Shown: positions 33,924 through 44,485, numbered from the stretch's first letter. The stretch is 64,000 nucleotides of DNA from an uncultured virus (IMG/VR IMGVR_UViG_3300031884_000009) (IMGVR_UViG_3300031884_000009); one strand, 5' to 3'. The notes: a model not told the origin generated them from the letters alone. Numbers and translations are program-made.

Positions 33924-35441
33924 GTGGAACTCACTAGCGAAGTCATAGAGGGTTTTAGTAATGCCTGCCTGGTCAAGAACTTTGACTCAGCTACGCAGAC
34001 CCCTGAGTTCCATAGAGAGCTTTGGGAGCTATGTTGTAGCAAAGACAAGTTCGTAGCTATTGCTGCCCCTCGAGGCCACGGGAAGTCTACTGCTGTTACT
34101 TATACTTATTGTCTTGCTGAAGTGCTGTTTCGTAGGTCTAAGTATGTCTTGATTGTCTCAGACAGCTTTTCACAAGCTGGGCTGTTCTTAGGTGACATCA
34201 TCAAAGAACTTAGGGATAATGACGATATACATGGTTTATTTGGCAACATTGAGTTGACAAAACAAACAGAAGATGATATAATAGGTAAATTCGAAGACGG
34301 ACACACATTCCGTATTCAGGCTAAAGGTTCTGAACAAAAGCTTCGTGGTTTAAAGTGGTTGAATAAACGTCCAGACTTAATTATCTGTGATGATATGGAA
34401 TCTGATGAACAGGTTCTTAATAAGGATAGAAGAGAGAAGTTAAGACGTTGGTTTTACTCTGCTCTTATCCCTGCCCTGTCAGTTACAGGCAAGATTCGCA
34501 TAGTTGGTACTATTTTGCACTTAGATTCCCTTCTTGAAAGGTTGATGCCTGAGTCCCAATTAGCATCACTAGGTACTAAAGCTTTAAAGAACTTAATTAC
34601 TGAAGATTTAAGACAGTATACGAATTACAAGACTTCTTGGTTATCCATTAAGTACAGAGCACACTCTGATGACTTTAAATACATCTTGTGGCCTGACAGA
34701 TGGAACAAGAAAGCTTTAGAAGAGCGTAAAGCTCAATACGTCGCACAAGGTTTAGCAGACGTATATTCTCAAGAGATGTTGAACGTTCCTCTTGATGATG
34801 CTAACGGATTCTTTAAAAAGAGTGATTTTGCACCACTTAAAGAAGAAGATAGAAAAAAGAATTTAAATTACTACATTGCTTGTGACTTAGCTATTAGTCA
34901 ACGACAACATAGTGATTACAGTGTTTTTGCTGTGGCAGGGATGGACGAGAATCAGCACTTGCAGTGTGTGAACATCGTTCGTGACCGAATGGATGCGATG
35001 CAGATTGTAGAAACTATCCTTGCCCTCCAGCGAACTTACAACCCTGAATTGTTTGGAATCGAGGCAGGTACAATCCAGAAGTCTATAGGACCATACCTTA
35101 ACGAAGCAATGATGAAGCAGGACACTTTTATTAACCTGGTGTTACTCAAGCCTTCAGGTGATAAGTTGAGTCGTGCAAGGTCAATGCAAGCTCGTATGAG
35201 AGCAGGAGCCGTGAAGTTTGACAGTTCTGCTGATTGGTATCAAACATTTGAAGATGAGCTGTTGCGGTTCCCGAGAGATAGACACGATGACCAGGTTGAT
35301 GCTTGGGCCTACATTGGGTTACTCTTGAACCAGATGCAAGTAGCTGCAACTCAAAGTGAAGTCGACGAAGAAGAATTTAGGGTTGCCTTACACGAAGCAG
35401 GATACGATTTAACAGGACGAAATCAAGTGACTGGATATTAG
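33924..35441 (+). CDS. terL: Terminase large subunit
   Basis: APRGHGKST Walker A, IICDDME Walker B, GT coupling motif, nuclease DLA...D and HDDQVDA. Confidence 0.95.
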   Translation: MELTSEVIEGFSNACLVKNFDSATQTPEFHRELWELCCSKDKFVAIAAPRGHGKSTAVTYTYCLAEVLFRRSKYVLIVSDSFSQAGLFLGDIIKELRDNDDIHGLFGNIELTKQTEDDIIGKFEDGHTFRIQAKGSEQKLRGLKWLNKRPDLIICDDMESDEQVLNKDRREKLRRWFYSALIPALSVTGKIRIVGTILHLDSLLERLMPESQLASLGTKALKNLITEDLRQYTNYKTSWLSIKYRAHSDDFKYILWPDRWNKKALEERKAQYVAQGLADVYSQEMLNVPLDDANGFFKKSDFAPLKEEDRKKNLNYYIACDLAISQRQHSDYSVFAVAGMDENQHLQCVNIVRDRMDAMQIVETILALQRTYNPELFGIEAGTIQKSIGPYLNEAMMKQDTFINLVLLKPSGDKLSRARSMQARMRAGAVKFDSSADWYQTFEDELLRFPRDRHDDQVDAWAYIGLLLNQMQVAATQSEVDEEEFRVALHEAGYDLTGRNQVTGY

Positions 35442-35442
35442 T

Positions 35443-35874
35443 TTGAAGACTTGTACTAAATGTAAAAACATGTTAGAATTAAGTTCTTTTCCTAAAAACT
35501 CTAGAACAAAGTCTGGCTACAGGTCACGTTGTATTTCTTGCAAAGCAGCAGAAGACAAAGAGTGGGCTATTAATAATCGCACTAAAGTAAATGCTAAAAA
35601 CCGTGCGTGGGATAAAAGAAACAGAGGCGTTAAAAACGCTTTAACTTATAAGTACAGAGCTACACAATTAAATGCAACCCCTAGTTGGGCTAATTTAACA
35701 GCTATACAAGCTAAGTATCAGTTAGCTGTAATGTTTAATAAATATACAGAAGATACTTGGCATGTTGACCACATTGTTCCGTTACAAGGTAAAAATGTTT
35801 GTGGTCTCCACGTTGAATACAACTTGCGAGTTATTCCTGCTAAAGAAAACCTTTCCAAGGGTAATAAATTTTGA
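35443..35874 (+). mobile_element. HNH homing endonuclease
   Basis: CxxC...CxxC; ATP.WA; HVDHIVPLQG.NVCGLHV..NL...N.SKGNK. Confidence 0.9.
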
Positions 35875-37913
35875 AACTAAATACTGAACTTAACCTAGAC
35901 GAGATTGTCTCCCTTCCAAACATCGCTGAGATATTGGATGCAGATACTCTCAATACGATTAGCTATAACGTCTACAAGGGATTCCAGGCTGACTTGGAGT
36001 CTCGTTCTGCTTGGGAAAAACGTACTGAAGAAGCTATGAAGCTTGCTTTGCAAGTTGCTGAAGCTAAGTCTTTCCCTTGGCCTGGAGCTTCAAATGTCAA
36101 ATTTCCACTTATCACTATTGCTGCTTTGCAGTTTCATGCTCGCAGTTATCCTGTACTTATCAATGGGGAAACCCCTGTTCAGTGTCGTGTAATTGGAGAC
36201 GACCCTACAGGTGCTAAAGATGCACGTGCCCATCGTGTAAGTCAATTTATGTCCTACCAGATTCTTGAACAAGATACTACTTGGGAATCTGAGATGGATA
36301 GAGTTCTTATTTCTCAGCCTATCGTTGGGTGTGCTTTTAAAAAATCTTACTTTGACCCTATTTGTAAGTACAACATCTCTGAGCATATCCTTGCTAAAGA
36401 CTTTGTTGTCAACTACTGGACTAAGCATTTAGATACGTCCCCACGTATTACTCAAATTCAATACCTTTCTAAAAACGACATCTATGAGCGTGTAGCTCGT
36501 GGTTTGTGGTGCGAAATGACTGAAGCTGGCCCTGCTGCTGTTCCTCAGTCAAACATGACTTTGGCTCAGAACAAAGCACAAGGCATGTCTGCCCCTGACT
36601 CAGTAGATGACTCTACCCCTTACGAGATTCTTGAACAGCATACCTTCATTGACTTTGATGGAGATGGTTATGCTGAGCCGTACATCATCTGGATGCGTCG
36701 TGATACCAAACAAGTGCTGCGTATTGTAGCCCGTTACTTTGAAACTTCTATTGAAAGAGACAATAAAGGCAATGTTCTTTCCATCAAAGCAGAAACATAC
36801 TTTACTAAATTCCCTTTCATTCCCTCACCTGATGGTGGCTTTTATGACCTCGGTTTCGGAAGTCTTCTTGGACCACTTAATCAGAGTATCGATACCCTTC
36901 TCAACCAGCTTATTGACACAGGCACAATGGCCAATACAGCAGGTGGTTTCTTGTCCCGTGGTATCAAGCTCCGAGGTGGAAACTACAACTTCGCACCTTT
37001 AGAGTGGAAACATGTCGATACAACTGGTGATGACCTCCGTAAAGGTATCATGCCTCTCCCAGTGCGTGAGCCTTCTCAAGTTCTGTTTACTTTGCTCAGT
37101 ATGCTTATTAATTACGGTGAGCGTATTGGTGGTTCTGTTGACATTTTGTCAGGCCAGAATCCAGGTCAGAATACTGCTGCTGAAACTACAAGGACGATGG
37201 CTGAACAGGGAATGAAGATTTTCTCTGGTATCTTTAAACGTACCTACCGTAGTCTTAAAGATGAGTTCCGTAAGTTGTATCGTTTGAATCAACTGTACCT
37301 TCAAGGTATTGAAGATTACAACAGCGATCAAGGTCAAAACTTCATCGACGCTGACGACTTCTCAGGTCCTGTATCTGACGTACGCCCTGCAGCAGACCCT
37401 AACATTGTTTCTGATACACAACGTATTCAACAAGCTCAAGCAGTGCTTCAATTAGCTTCTACCACTCCTGGCATGAGTATGTACGAAGCTCAGAAGACGT
37501 ACCTCAAAGCAATGAAGGTAAATAACATCGACCAACTTCTTCCAGACCCTAAAGGACCTAACGCTATTAAGCCAGGACCATCTGAGAAGGTACAAATCGA
37601 AATGATGAAGCAACAAGCTAAACAAGCTGACATGCAAATGCAGTTTAAGCTTGGAATGATGAAGATGATGAAAGACGTTGAAATCAATCAAGCTAAGATT
37701 CACAAGTTAGAAGCTGATGCTATCCTTGCTGTAGAGCAAGCTGGTGGTATTAGACACGGTCAAGATATTGCAATGCTAGATGCTCAAATCGGAGCAGCTA
37801 AAGCTAAGAATGAAGGAATTCAAACTGCTCTCAAAACTATGATGGACCTTGAGAAGCACATGAATGAAATGTCTCAACCTGCACCAGCAGAGGGAGAAGC
37901 AGCACCAGAATAG
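35871..37913 (+). CDS. Portal protein
   Basis: 680 aa after terL; FPWPGASNV, G.AFKK.Y.D and GFY..GFG motifs; helical C-terminal region. Confidence 0.9.
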   Translation: MKLNTELNLDEIVSLPNIAEILDADTLNTISYNVYKGFQADLESRSAWEKRTEEAMKLALQVAEAKSFPWPGASNVKFPLITIAALQFHARSYPVLINGETPVQCRVIGDDPTGAKDARAHRVSQFMSYQILEQDTTWESEMDRVLISQPIVGCAFKKSYFDPICKYNISEHILAKDFVVNYWTKHLDTSPRITQIQYLSKNDIYERVARGLWCEMTEAGPAAVPQSNMTLAQNKAQGMSAPDSVDDSTPYEILEQHTFIDFDGDGYAEPYIIWMRRDTKQVLRIVARYFETSIERDNKGNVLSIKAETYFTKFPFIPSPDGGFYDLGFGSLLGPLNQSIDTLLNQLIDTGTMANTAGGFLSRGIKLRGGNYNFAPLEWKHVDTTGDDLRKGIMPLPVREPSQVLFTLLSMLINYGERIGGSVDILSGQNPGQNTAAETTRTMAEQGMKIFSGIFKRTYRSLKDEFRKLYRLNQLYLQGIEDYNSDQGQNFIDADDFSGPVSDVRPAADPNIVSDTQRIQQAQAVLQLASTTPGMSMYEAQKTYLKAMKVNNIDQLLPDPKGPNAIKPGPSEKVQIEMMKQQAKQADMQMQFKLGMMKMMKDVEINQAKIHKLEADAILAVEQAGGIRHGQDIAMLDAQIGAAKAKNEGIQTALKTMMDLEKHMNEMSQPAPAEGEAAPE

Positions 37914-37932
37914 GTTTAACAAGGAGGAAGTA

Positions 37933-38160
37933 ATGGCAATAGTAGTAACAGAGCAGGAATTTAATGAATGGAAAGCTAGTCGTGTAACTCAAGCCTTTAT
38001 GAAGGCAATACACAATGACAGAGAGTGGCTTAAAGAGATGTTGTTAGCAGGAACCGAAGATGATGCGAGTATCAGAGGACGAGCAGCAGCATGTACAGCA
38101 ATTCTAGCTTTAGATTATAACGAGTTGATGAATTCAGTAACGGAGAAAAAGGATGTCTAA
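37933..38160 (+). CDS. Small head-assembly-associated protein
   Basis: AAGGAGG RBS before MAIVV; lies between portal and GroES. Confidence 0.65.
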   Translation: MAIVVTEQEFNEWKASRVTQAFMKAIHNDREWLKEMLLAGTEDDASIRGRAAACTAILALDYNELMNSVTEKKDV

Positions 38161-38494
38161 TGCGACAGGTATCACCCCTATCTTTGACAGGGTTCTTATT
38201 CAGCCTTTAGTAGTAGAGAATAAGACAGCTAGTGGAATTATTGTATCTTCAGATGAGACCAGTGAACGTGAACAACTTGCAAACACTACAGGCATGATTA
38301 TTGCTTTAGGTGAAGAAGTCCCAGCAGACATTGTATCGCCAGGGATGAAGGTAGCTTTCGCTAAATACGCTGGTTTGATGTACAAAGGTAAAAACGGCAA
38401 AGACTATCGCATGATTAATTATGCAGACCTCGTAGCCAAGTTAGACGACGATATGGGCTTAGTTGACCCACATTTGCTTCGTGGTATTAATTAA
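38153..38494 (+). CDS. groES: GroES-like co-chaperonin
   Basis: PIFDRVLI, KTASGII, G.IIALG, V.FAKYAG, YRMIN..D motifs. Confidence 0.9.
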   Translation: MSNATGITPIFDRVLIQPLVVENKTASGIIVSSDETSEREQLANTTGMIIALGEEVPADIVSPGMKVAFAKYAGLMYKGKNGKDYRMINYADLVAKLDDDMGLVDPHLLRGIN

Positions 38495-38874
38495 TGGCTC
38501 AAACTTTAGAACAAAAACGTGTATGGGGTAAAAAAGACTACCACATGAATCGTTCTAAAAATTGGACGTTAAAAGACCATTTAAAGCATTTAATATGGCA
38601 ATACAAGACCAGAAAAGAATTAACGTATGAGATGTTATTAGAAATCTATGAAGAGCAAGAAGGTAAATGTGCTTTAACAGGAATAAAACTTACTTACATT
38701 AGAGGACAAGGAAAAGTTAAAACAAACATTTCTATTGACCGTATTGAAGCAGGTGGTCCTTATGTTAGAGAAAACATACAACTAGTATGCTCTATTGTAA
38801 ATAGAATGAAATCTAATATGTCAGACGATGAGCTTAGATGGTGGTGTAAAGCAATTAGTAAACATGGAAAATAA
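38494..38874 (+). mobile_element. HNH-like (His-Me finger) endonuclease
   Basis: QEGKCALTG...SIDRI...Y...NIQLVC..VN.MK. Confidence 0.75.
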
Positions 38875-38885
38875 GGGATTAAATA

Positions 38886-39725
38886 ATGAGCGAAGAACTA
38901 CAACAAGAAGCACCACAGGAAGCTCCAGAAGCCTCTCAGTTCGAGTCCGAAGCACGGGCACAGGGTTGGGTAGCAGCAGAAGAGTTTCGTGGCTCTGAGA
39001 CTGATTGGGTTGATGCTGAGACGTTTGTACGTCGTGGCAAAGAAATTATGCCAATCCTTCGTAAGAATAATGAGAAATTGCTTAAAGAATTAGGTGAAGC
39101 CAAAAAGATTGCTGAAGAAGCACGGGAAGCTGCTAAAGAGTTTCGTGAATACCAGAAGCAACAGTTTGAGCGAAAGACCAAAGACTTGGAAGGTCAATTA
39201 GAACAACTAAAGCAAGCTAAGCGTGATGCAATCACTCAAGGCGATGGCGATAGAGCAATAGCGATTGATGATGCAATGGACGACTTGAAAGAGCAACGTC
39301 TAGAAGCTAAACAAGACTTAAAAGATGCTGAAGATAAAGCTAAAGAAGTTCCTCAAGTTACTCAAGACCCTATTTTAAATAACTGGGTTGAGAAGAATGA
39401 CTGGTTTGGTAAAGATACAAGAATGACTGGTGTTGCTAATGGTTTAGGTGTTGAACTCCGTCGTGAGAACCCTAACCTTAATGGACAAGCCTTCTTGGAT
39501 AAACTAGACGAAGAGCTTACAGCGATGTTCCCAGAGAAGTTTGGTAAGAAGCGTGTACAGAATCCAATGGAAGGCTCCTCTAACGGGACAGCTAGACCAT
39601 CTACAGGTTCTGGCAAGAAATCTTACAACGCTTTACCTGCGGAAGCTAAAGCAGCTTGTGATAAATTTGTTAAGCAAGGTCTGATGACTAAAGAGCAGTA
39701 TGTCGCAGAATACGATTGGGAATAA
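38886..39725 (+). CDS. Capsid scaffolding protein
   Basis: Acidic coiled-coil, ARAQGW motif, position upstream of the capsid genes. Confidence 0.75.
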   Translation: MSEELQQEAPQEAPEASQFESEARAQGWVAAEEFRGSETDWVDAETFVRRGKEIMPILRKNNEKLLKELGEAKKIAEEAREAAKEFREYQKQQFERKTKDLEGQLEQLKQAKRDAITQGDGDRAIAIDDAMDDLKEQRLEAKQDLKDAEDKAKEVPQVTQDPILNNWVEKNDWFGKDTRMTGVANGLGVELRRENPNLNGQAFLDKLDEELTAMFPEKFGKKRVQNPMEGSSNGTARPSTGSGKKSYNALPAEAKAACDKFVKQGLMTKEQYVAEYDWE

Positions 39726-39738
39726 GGGAGAATAGAAC

Positions 39739-40200
39739 ATGACTGAAATTAAAAAAGAAGTAAAAGCTGCTGTAGAGTCTACTAAGGTAGAGCGTCCTCG
39801 TGAACGTAAAAAAGGCGTATTCAATGGGACTCAAGGCAAGCTGCAGGTAGGGAAACAGATTGAGGGTTTCCACATGCACATTTTCAACGACACTCCTGGG
39901 CGCATCCAGAATGCTACTGAAAACGGTTATGAGTTTGTTCACCCAAGTGAGATAGATGGGGTTACAGAGAACGTTACTTCTCGTAATCTTGATTTAGGAG
40001 ATAAGGTTAGATTCTTAGTAGGTGCTGGAGAGAAGGGCGAACCAATGTACGCTTATTTGATGAAAATCAAACAAGAATGGTTTGACGAAGACCAAAAGCA
40101 ATTACAAGAACGTAACGATAAAACAGATGCGGCTATTAGACAAGGTAAGACACCTGGTGTTGATTCCTCTGGTTTCTATAATGCTGGCATCAAATATTAA
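39739..40200 (+). CDS. Conserved head-module protein
   Basis: ND.PGRI..A...GYEFV and YLMKI..EW motifs; synteny. Confidence 0.65.
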   Translation: MTEIKKEVKAAVESTKVERPRERKKGVFNGTQGKLQVGKQIEGFHMHIFNDTPGRIQNATENGYEFVHPSEIDGVTENVTSRNLDLGDKVRFLVGAGEKGEPMYAYLMKIKQEWFDEDQKQLQERNDKTDAAIRQGKTPGVDSSGFYNAGIKY

Positions 40201-40222
40201 ACTTTCTAATTAAGGAAAAAAA

Positions 40223-40825
40223 ATGGCAAACGTAAATGCCGTATCAGGATTGTCGCCAGTAGGCACAGTTACTGGTGCACCTTTTAACGAGCAAGGCGTT
40301 CTTTACGCTATTGCTAACACTGCTTCTTACACTTTTGCTATTGGCGATATCGTAAAATCTGCTGTTGGTAATGACGCAAATGGCGTAGCTCTTGTAACTA
40401 AAGCTGCTGCAACTGACGTTCCTTTGGGCGTTATTGTATCTATTCGTGTAGCTAATCCAGGCGTAAGCTTGCAAGGCACAAACATTAACTTAGGTCAGCT
40501 CTGGATTGGTTTATCTTCTGGTTCTTACACTTATGTTTATGTTGTAACAGACCCTAACGTTATTTTCCAAGTACAAGCTAACGCTTCTGCTGATACTAAA
40601 GTTGGTTCTACTGCTGTTCCAACGATTACTGCTGACCAAACTTCAACTTTGTCACAGTCTTCACCTTTCTCAGCTACTTATGTAACTGCTGATAGTTCAG
40701 CTACCGCAGCTTCCATGTTCCAAGTTGTAGGTCTCTACCAAGAGCCAAACAACGTTCCTGGTGCATATAACAACGTATTGGTTGTGTTTAATAAGCACCA
40801 ATACAAACAAGCCTTCGGTGCTTAA
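40223..40825 (+). CDS. Capsid decoration / cement-like protein
   Basis: MAN.NA..GL.PV and V.DP..IF.VQ motifs; immediately precedes the MCP gene. Confidence 0.65.
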   Translation: MANVNAVSGLSPVGTVTGAPFNEQGVLYAIANTASYTFAIGDIVKSAVGNDANGVALVTKAAATDVPLGVIVSIRVANPGVSLQGTNINLGQLWIGLSSGSYTYVYVVTDPNVIFQVQANASADTKVGSTAVPTITADQTSTLSQSSPFSATYVTADSSATAASMFQVVGLYQEPNNVPGAYNNVLVVFNKHQYKQAFGA

Positions 40826-40844
40826 TTAATAGGAGATATATAAA

Positions 40845-41759
40845 ATGGCTGGTGTAATTACAACTGGTACTCACCCAAAGGCCCTATGGCCTGGTATTAA
40901 AGCATGGTGGGGTCAAACTTACGACGAACATCCTGAAGAGTACATCCACTTGTTCGACAAAGATACTTCACATCAAAACTACGAGGAAGACGTTCAGTTA
41001 ACTGGATTCGGTCTTGCTCCTGTTAAGTCTGAAGGTCAAGGCGTTCAGTATGACTCAGAAGTTCAAGGTTTTGTAACTCGCTACACACACGTTGCATACG
41101 CTCTTGGTTACATCGTAACTAAAGAAGAGTTGGATGACAATTTGTATGAGCAAGTTTCTAAGCGTCGTGCTGCTGCCCTCGCTATGTCTTTCCGTCAAAC
41201 CAAAGAAAATATTGGTGCTAACGTTTACAACCGTGCGTTCAATGCTACCTATACAGGTGGTGATGCTCAACCTTTGTGCTCATTAGTTCACCCTAATACT
41301 TCTGGTGGTACATGGGCGAATACCCCTACTGTTTCTGTTGACTTGTCCGAAGCTTCTTTGGAAGATGCAACTGTAGCAATCATGGGTTTCCAAAACGACC
41401 GTGGTTTGTTGATTAACGTAATGCCACGTTCTTTGATTGTAGCTCGTCAAGAATGGTACAACGCTAACCGCATTCTGAAGTCTGTGTTCCAATCAGGTAC
41501 TGCAAACAACGATATCAACGTTCTGAAGGCAACTAATGCCATTCCAGAAGGTATCGTTATGAACCATTACCTCACAAGCCCCCACGCTTGGTTCCTACGT
41601 ACTAATATCCAGAACGGTATGAAGTACTATGAACGTGTTGGTATCATGTTCGATCAGGACAATGATTTTGACACAATGAATGCTAAGGCTAAAGGCTATG
41701 AGCGTTACAGCTTTGGTTGGTCTGACCCAAGAGCAGTCTACGGAGTGAATGGCCCGTGA
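40845..41759 (+). CDS. Major capsid protein
   Basis: 304 aa; KALWPGI, EELDDNLY and RYSFGWSDPR motifs; strongly biased codon usage; AGGAG RBS. Confidence 0.9.
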   Translation: MAGVITTGTHPKALWPGIKAWWGQTYDEHPEEYIHLFDKDTSHQNYEEDVQLTGFGLAPVKSEGQGVQYDSEVQGFVTRYTHVAYALGYIVTKEELDDNLYEQVSKRRAAALAMSFRQTKENIGANVYNRAFNATYTGGDAQPLCSLVHPNTSGGTWANTPTVSVDLSEASLEDATVAIMGFQNDRGLLINVMPRSLIVARQEWYNANRILKSVFQSGTANNDINVLKATNAIPEGIVMNHYLTSPHAWFLRTNIQNGMKYYERVGIMFDQDNDFDTMNAKAKGYERYSFGWSDPRAVYGVNGP

Positions 41760-41791
41760 GTCATTTAAATAAGCTATGATTTAAATATAGC

Positions 41792-41820
41792 TTGACAAAT
41801 CCTTCTCTTTTTGTTATAAT
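41792..41820 (+). promoter_or_regulatory. Consensus sigma70 promoter
   Basis: TTGACA-17 nt-TATAAT with extended -10 TG. Confidence 0.85.
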
Positions 41821-41847
41821 AAGGTTTTATAATAATTGGAGAAGGAA

Positions 41848-42402
41848 ATGTCTAAAAAGTCAGGTAAAGAATTACATCCATTATTTAACACATGGTCTCA
41901 TTATAAAAGACGTGGTATTCTGTGTGAAGCATGGGCAAAAGATTTTGTATTGTTTACTAGTGAAGTAGGCGAAAGAAAAGAAAATCATAGGTTACATTTA
42001 ATTGTAAAAACTGAACCTCTTTCTATTTCAAATTTTCATTGGATGCCTATAAAGCAATCTATTAAAGATTATGAATCTAGAAACGCTTATATGCGTGAAT
42101 ATATGAAAAATAATCGAGATAAACAAAAAATACAAGACTTGAAAAAAAGATTTAATATTACTTTAGAACAATATCGTGAAATGCAAAAACAACAAAATAA
42201 TGTTTGTGCTATTTGCGGTAGTCCAGAGATAGATATTGATAATCGTACACAAAAAGTACGAGACCTTGCTGTAGACCATTGCCATACTACTCATAAGGTA
42301 CGAGGTTTGCTTTGCAGGGGGTGTAATCAAGGTTTAGGTAACTTTAAAGATAATACACAGTTTTTACACAATGCAATTAACTACTTGACAGATAGACAAT
42401 AA
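41848..42402 (+). mobile_element. Endonuclease VII-family homing endonuclease
   Basis: QNNVCAIC...LAVDHCH.T.KVRGLLCRGCNQGLG.FKD; start placed at the ATG after GGAGAAGG. Confidence 0.9.
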
Positions 42403-42413
42403 ACTGTTATAAT
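42385..42413 (+). promoter_or_regulatory. Consensus sigma70 promoter overlapping the endonuclease 3' end
   Basis: TTGACA-17 nt-TATAAT with extended -10 TG. Confidence 0.85.
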
Positions 42414-42424
42414 AAGGAAATAAT

Positions 42425-42616
42425 ATGGACTATCCAATTATTAAAGAGCCTACAGGCGGTATCGCTAAAGAGAAGAAAAGCAATATGGCTTCTCCAAAAG
42501 CAAAGATGCCTAACGGTCTCGGCAACACCCAAGCAGTAGAAAACAAAGAAGGACAAGAGTCAGGTTTCAAGAAAAAGCGTTTACACGCTGTTGAAAAGCT
42601 GTCTTTTCCTAAGTAA
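42425..42616 (+). CDS. Small basic hypothetical protein
   Basis: AAGGA RBS directly behind the promoter. Confidence 0.6.
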   Translation: MDYPIIKEPTGGIAKEKKSNMASPKAKMPNGLGNTQAVENKEGQESGFKKKRLHAVEKLSFPK

Positions 42617-42675
42617 TACTTTTATAATCCTAAACGTCAATTATGACGTGAACCCATCACTTTTAGGAGATTCAA

Positions 42676-43374
42676 ATGGGCACACCAACAAGATTTACAT
42701 ACGGTATCGCCACCGTTGCAAAAGGCAAACCATTAAGCAGCTACCCACTTCCAGACCCATTTAACAGCACTAGCGATACTGGTTATGGCGTAAGTACTTA
42801 TTCTAACGACTTCCAATCATCTGTTGCTGAATATGCTGTTTCAGGAACAAGTTCAACTTTTGCTTTGACTTCTGGTCTAGGCGGTCAAGCTCTTGTTACC
42901 CCAGGCGGTGCTACAACTGCTACTGCTGTTTTCAAAACAGGTACTTCAGTAGGCTTTGTAGCTGGTCAAAAACTTTGGTATACAACACGTCTTCAAGTCA
43001 GTGCAACTACTGGTACATTCCTTGCTGGTTTGGCAAGTTCAGGTACTTCAGCTACTGATGGCTTGTGGTTTGTTACTTCAGGTACTTCAGTTAACTTAGT
43101 ATCACGTGTAGGTTCTACATCTACTACTTTGATTACTGGCGTAGCTACAGTAGCTGCTGCAACTTTTGTACAACTCGGTTTCCACTATAACAACACTGAT
43201 TTAGAAGTGTTTGTAAACGGTAATTTAGTTTCTCGTGTAACTTCACCAACTATCGGTGCTTCTGGTACAACATTGACAAGTGCTTTATTGGCTCCTATCT
43301 TCTCAGATACACCAACAGCTACTGAAACAATGACCATTGACTACGTTCTAGCTGCTGAAGAAATTTCACGTTAA
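42676..43374 (+). CDS. Virion structural protein, beta-rich
   Basis: MGTPTRFTYG start, TIDYVLAA.E end; Thr/Ser/Gly-rich. Confidence 0.7.
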   Translation: MGTPTRFTYGIATVAKGKPLSSYPLPDPFNSTSDTGYGVSTYSNDFQSSVAEYAVSGTSSTFALTSGLGGQALVTPGGATTATAVFKTGTSVGFVAGQKLWYTTRLQVSATTGTFLAGLASSGTSATDGLWFVTSGTSVNLVSRVGSTSTTLITGVATVAAATFVQLGFHYNNTDLEVFVNGNLVSRVTSPTIGASGTTLTSALLAPIFSDTPTATETMTIDYVLAAEEISR

Positions 43375-43386
43375 TAGGGGGTTACA

Positions 43387-43800
43387 ATGGCTAACTCACC
43401 AACTGTACAGACTCTAGTAGACGGACCACGTAACGTAGTGCTTAAATTAGATGGTCTTTTAGATACTTCTGATTTAGCATATACAGTTATTGTAGACCCT
43501 GCTACTTTGTCTGATTACAATATTAATGGCGTTAAGGCTACACTACTCCGTATTAATAAAATCAACTTCGACGTTGAAGATGGTTTAGATGTGGAAATGT
43601 GGTGGGATGCAGGTACTCCTGTACGCTTTGCTGACTTTGTAGGCCGTGGTAAAGTAGATGCTTGGCGTTATGGTGGTATTGTAAACAACGCTACTAACCC
43701 AACAGGTAAGATTGCTATCTCTACCCAAGGTTGGACATCAGGTGCTATTCTATCTTACACTATTGTTCTTGAACTTGTTAAACAAGGTCCTGGAGTCTAA
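43387..43800 (+). CDS. Virion structural protein
   Basis: DGPRNVV.K...SYTIVLEL.K motif; in the structural operon. Confidence 0.7.
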   Translation: MANSPTVQTLVDGPRNVVLKLDGLLDTSDLAYTVIVDPATLSDYNINGVKATLLRINKINFDVEDGLDVEMWWDAGTPVRFADFVGRGKVDAWRYGGIVNNATNPTGKIAISTQGWTSGAILSYTIVLELVKQGPGV

Positions 43801-43952
43801 TGAATACTAATCTTGACGTCAAGGAAATCCAACTAGTTGCTACCATCATTCGTGCTGATGGCACTAGGGAGGAACTTGGCGTTATAGATTATTATCATAA
43901 GAATCCAATCAAGAGACTTATCTGGAGAATTAAAAAATGGCTACACAGATGA
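43800..43952 (+). CDS. Small protein (50 aa, not in track)
   Basis: MNTNLDVKEIQLVATIIRADGTREELG...; ATG overlaps the upstream stop. Confidence 0.65.
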   Translation: MNTNLDVKEIQLVATIIRADGTREELGVIDYYHKNPIKRLIWRIKKWLHR

Positions 43953-44485
43953 AACATTGTTCTATCTGTAAAGCTATTAAACAAATAACAGCTTTTCATA
44001 AAGATAAATCTACATCGAGTGGTTTTAAAACTGCTTGTAAAGAATGTTCTAACATTAAAAGAAAACAACGATACAAAGATAATTCTTACGATACGGAGCA
44101 TAGGAATTTGCCTGAAGTAAAAAAACAAGCAAAAGAATACGCAAAGGAATATAGATTTAAAAATAAAGAAAAGATAAAACAAACTATAACCGCTTGGTCT
44201 AAACTTAATAAACATAAAAGATTAGCTACTGTTCTTAAATATAAATACAATAAAATGAAAGCTACTGCTAGATGGGATTCTGAATTAACAGAACTTATAA
44301 CAGAAGAAGCTGCTCATCTTGCTAAACTTAGAGAAAAAGTAACTGGATTTAAGTGGCATATTGACCACATAATTCCTTTACAAGGTAAAAATGTTTGTGG
44401 TTTACATGTTTGGAACAATCTTCAAGTTTTACCTGCAAAGGTAAATCAACAAAAAGGAAATAAATATGAGCACACTCCTAGTTAA
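43937..44485 (+). mobile_element. HNH homing endonuclease
   Basis: CxxC...CxxC; WHIDHIIPLQGKNVCGLHVWNNLQVLPA..N..KGNK. Confidence 0.9.
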
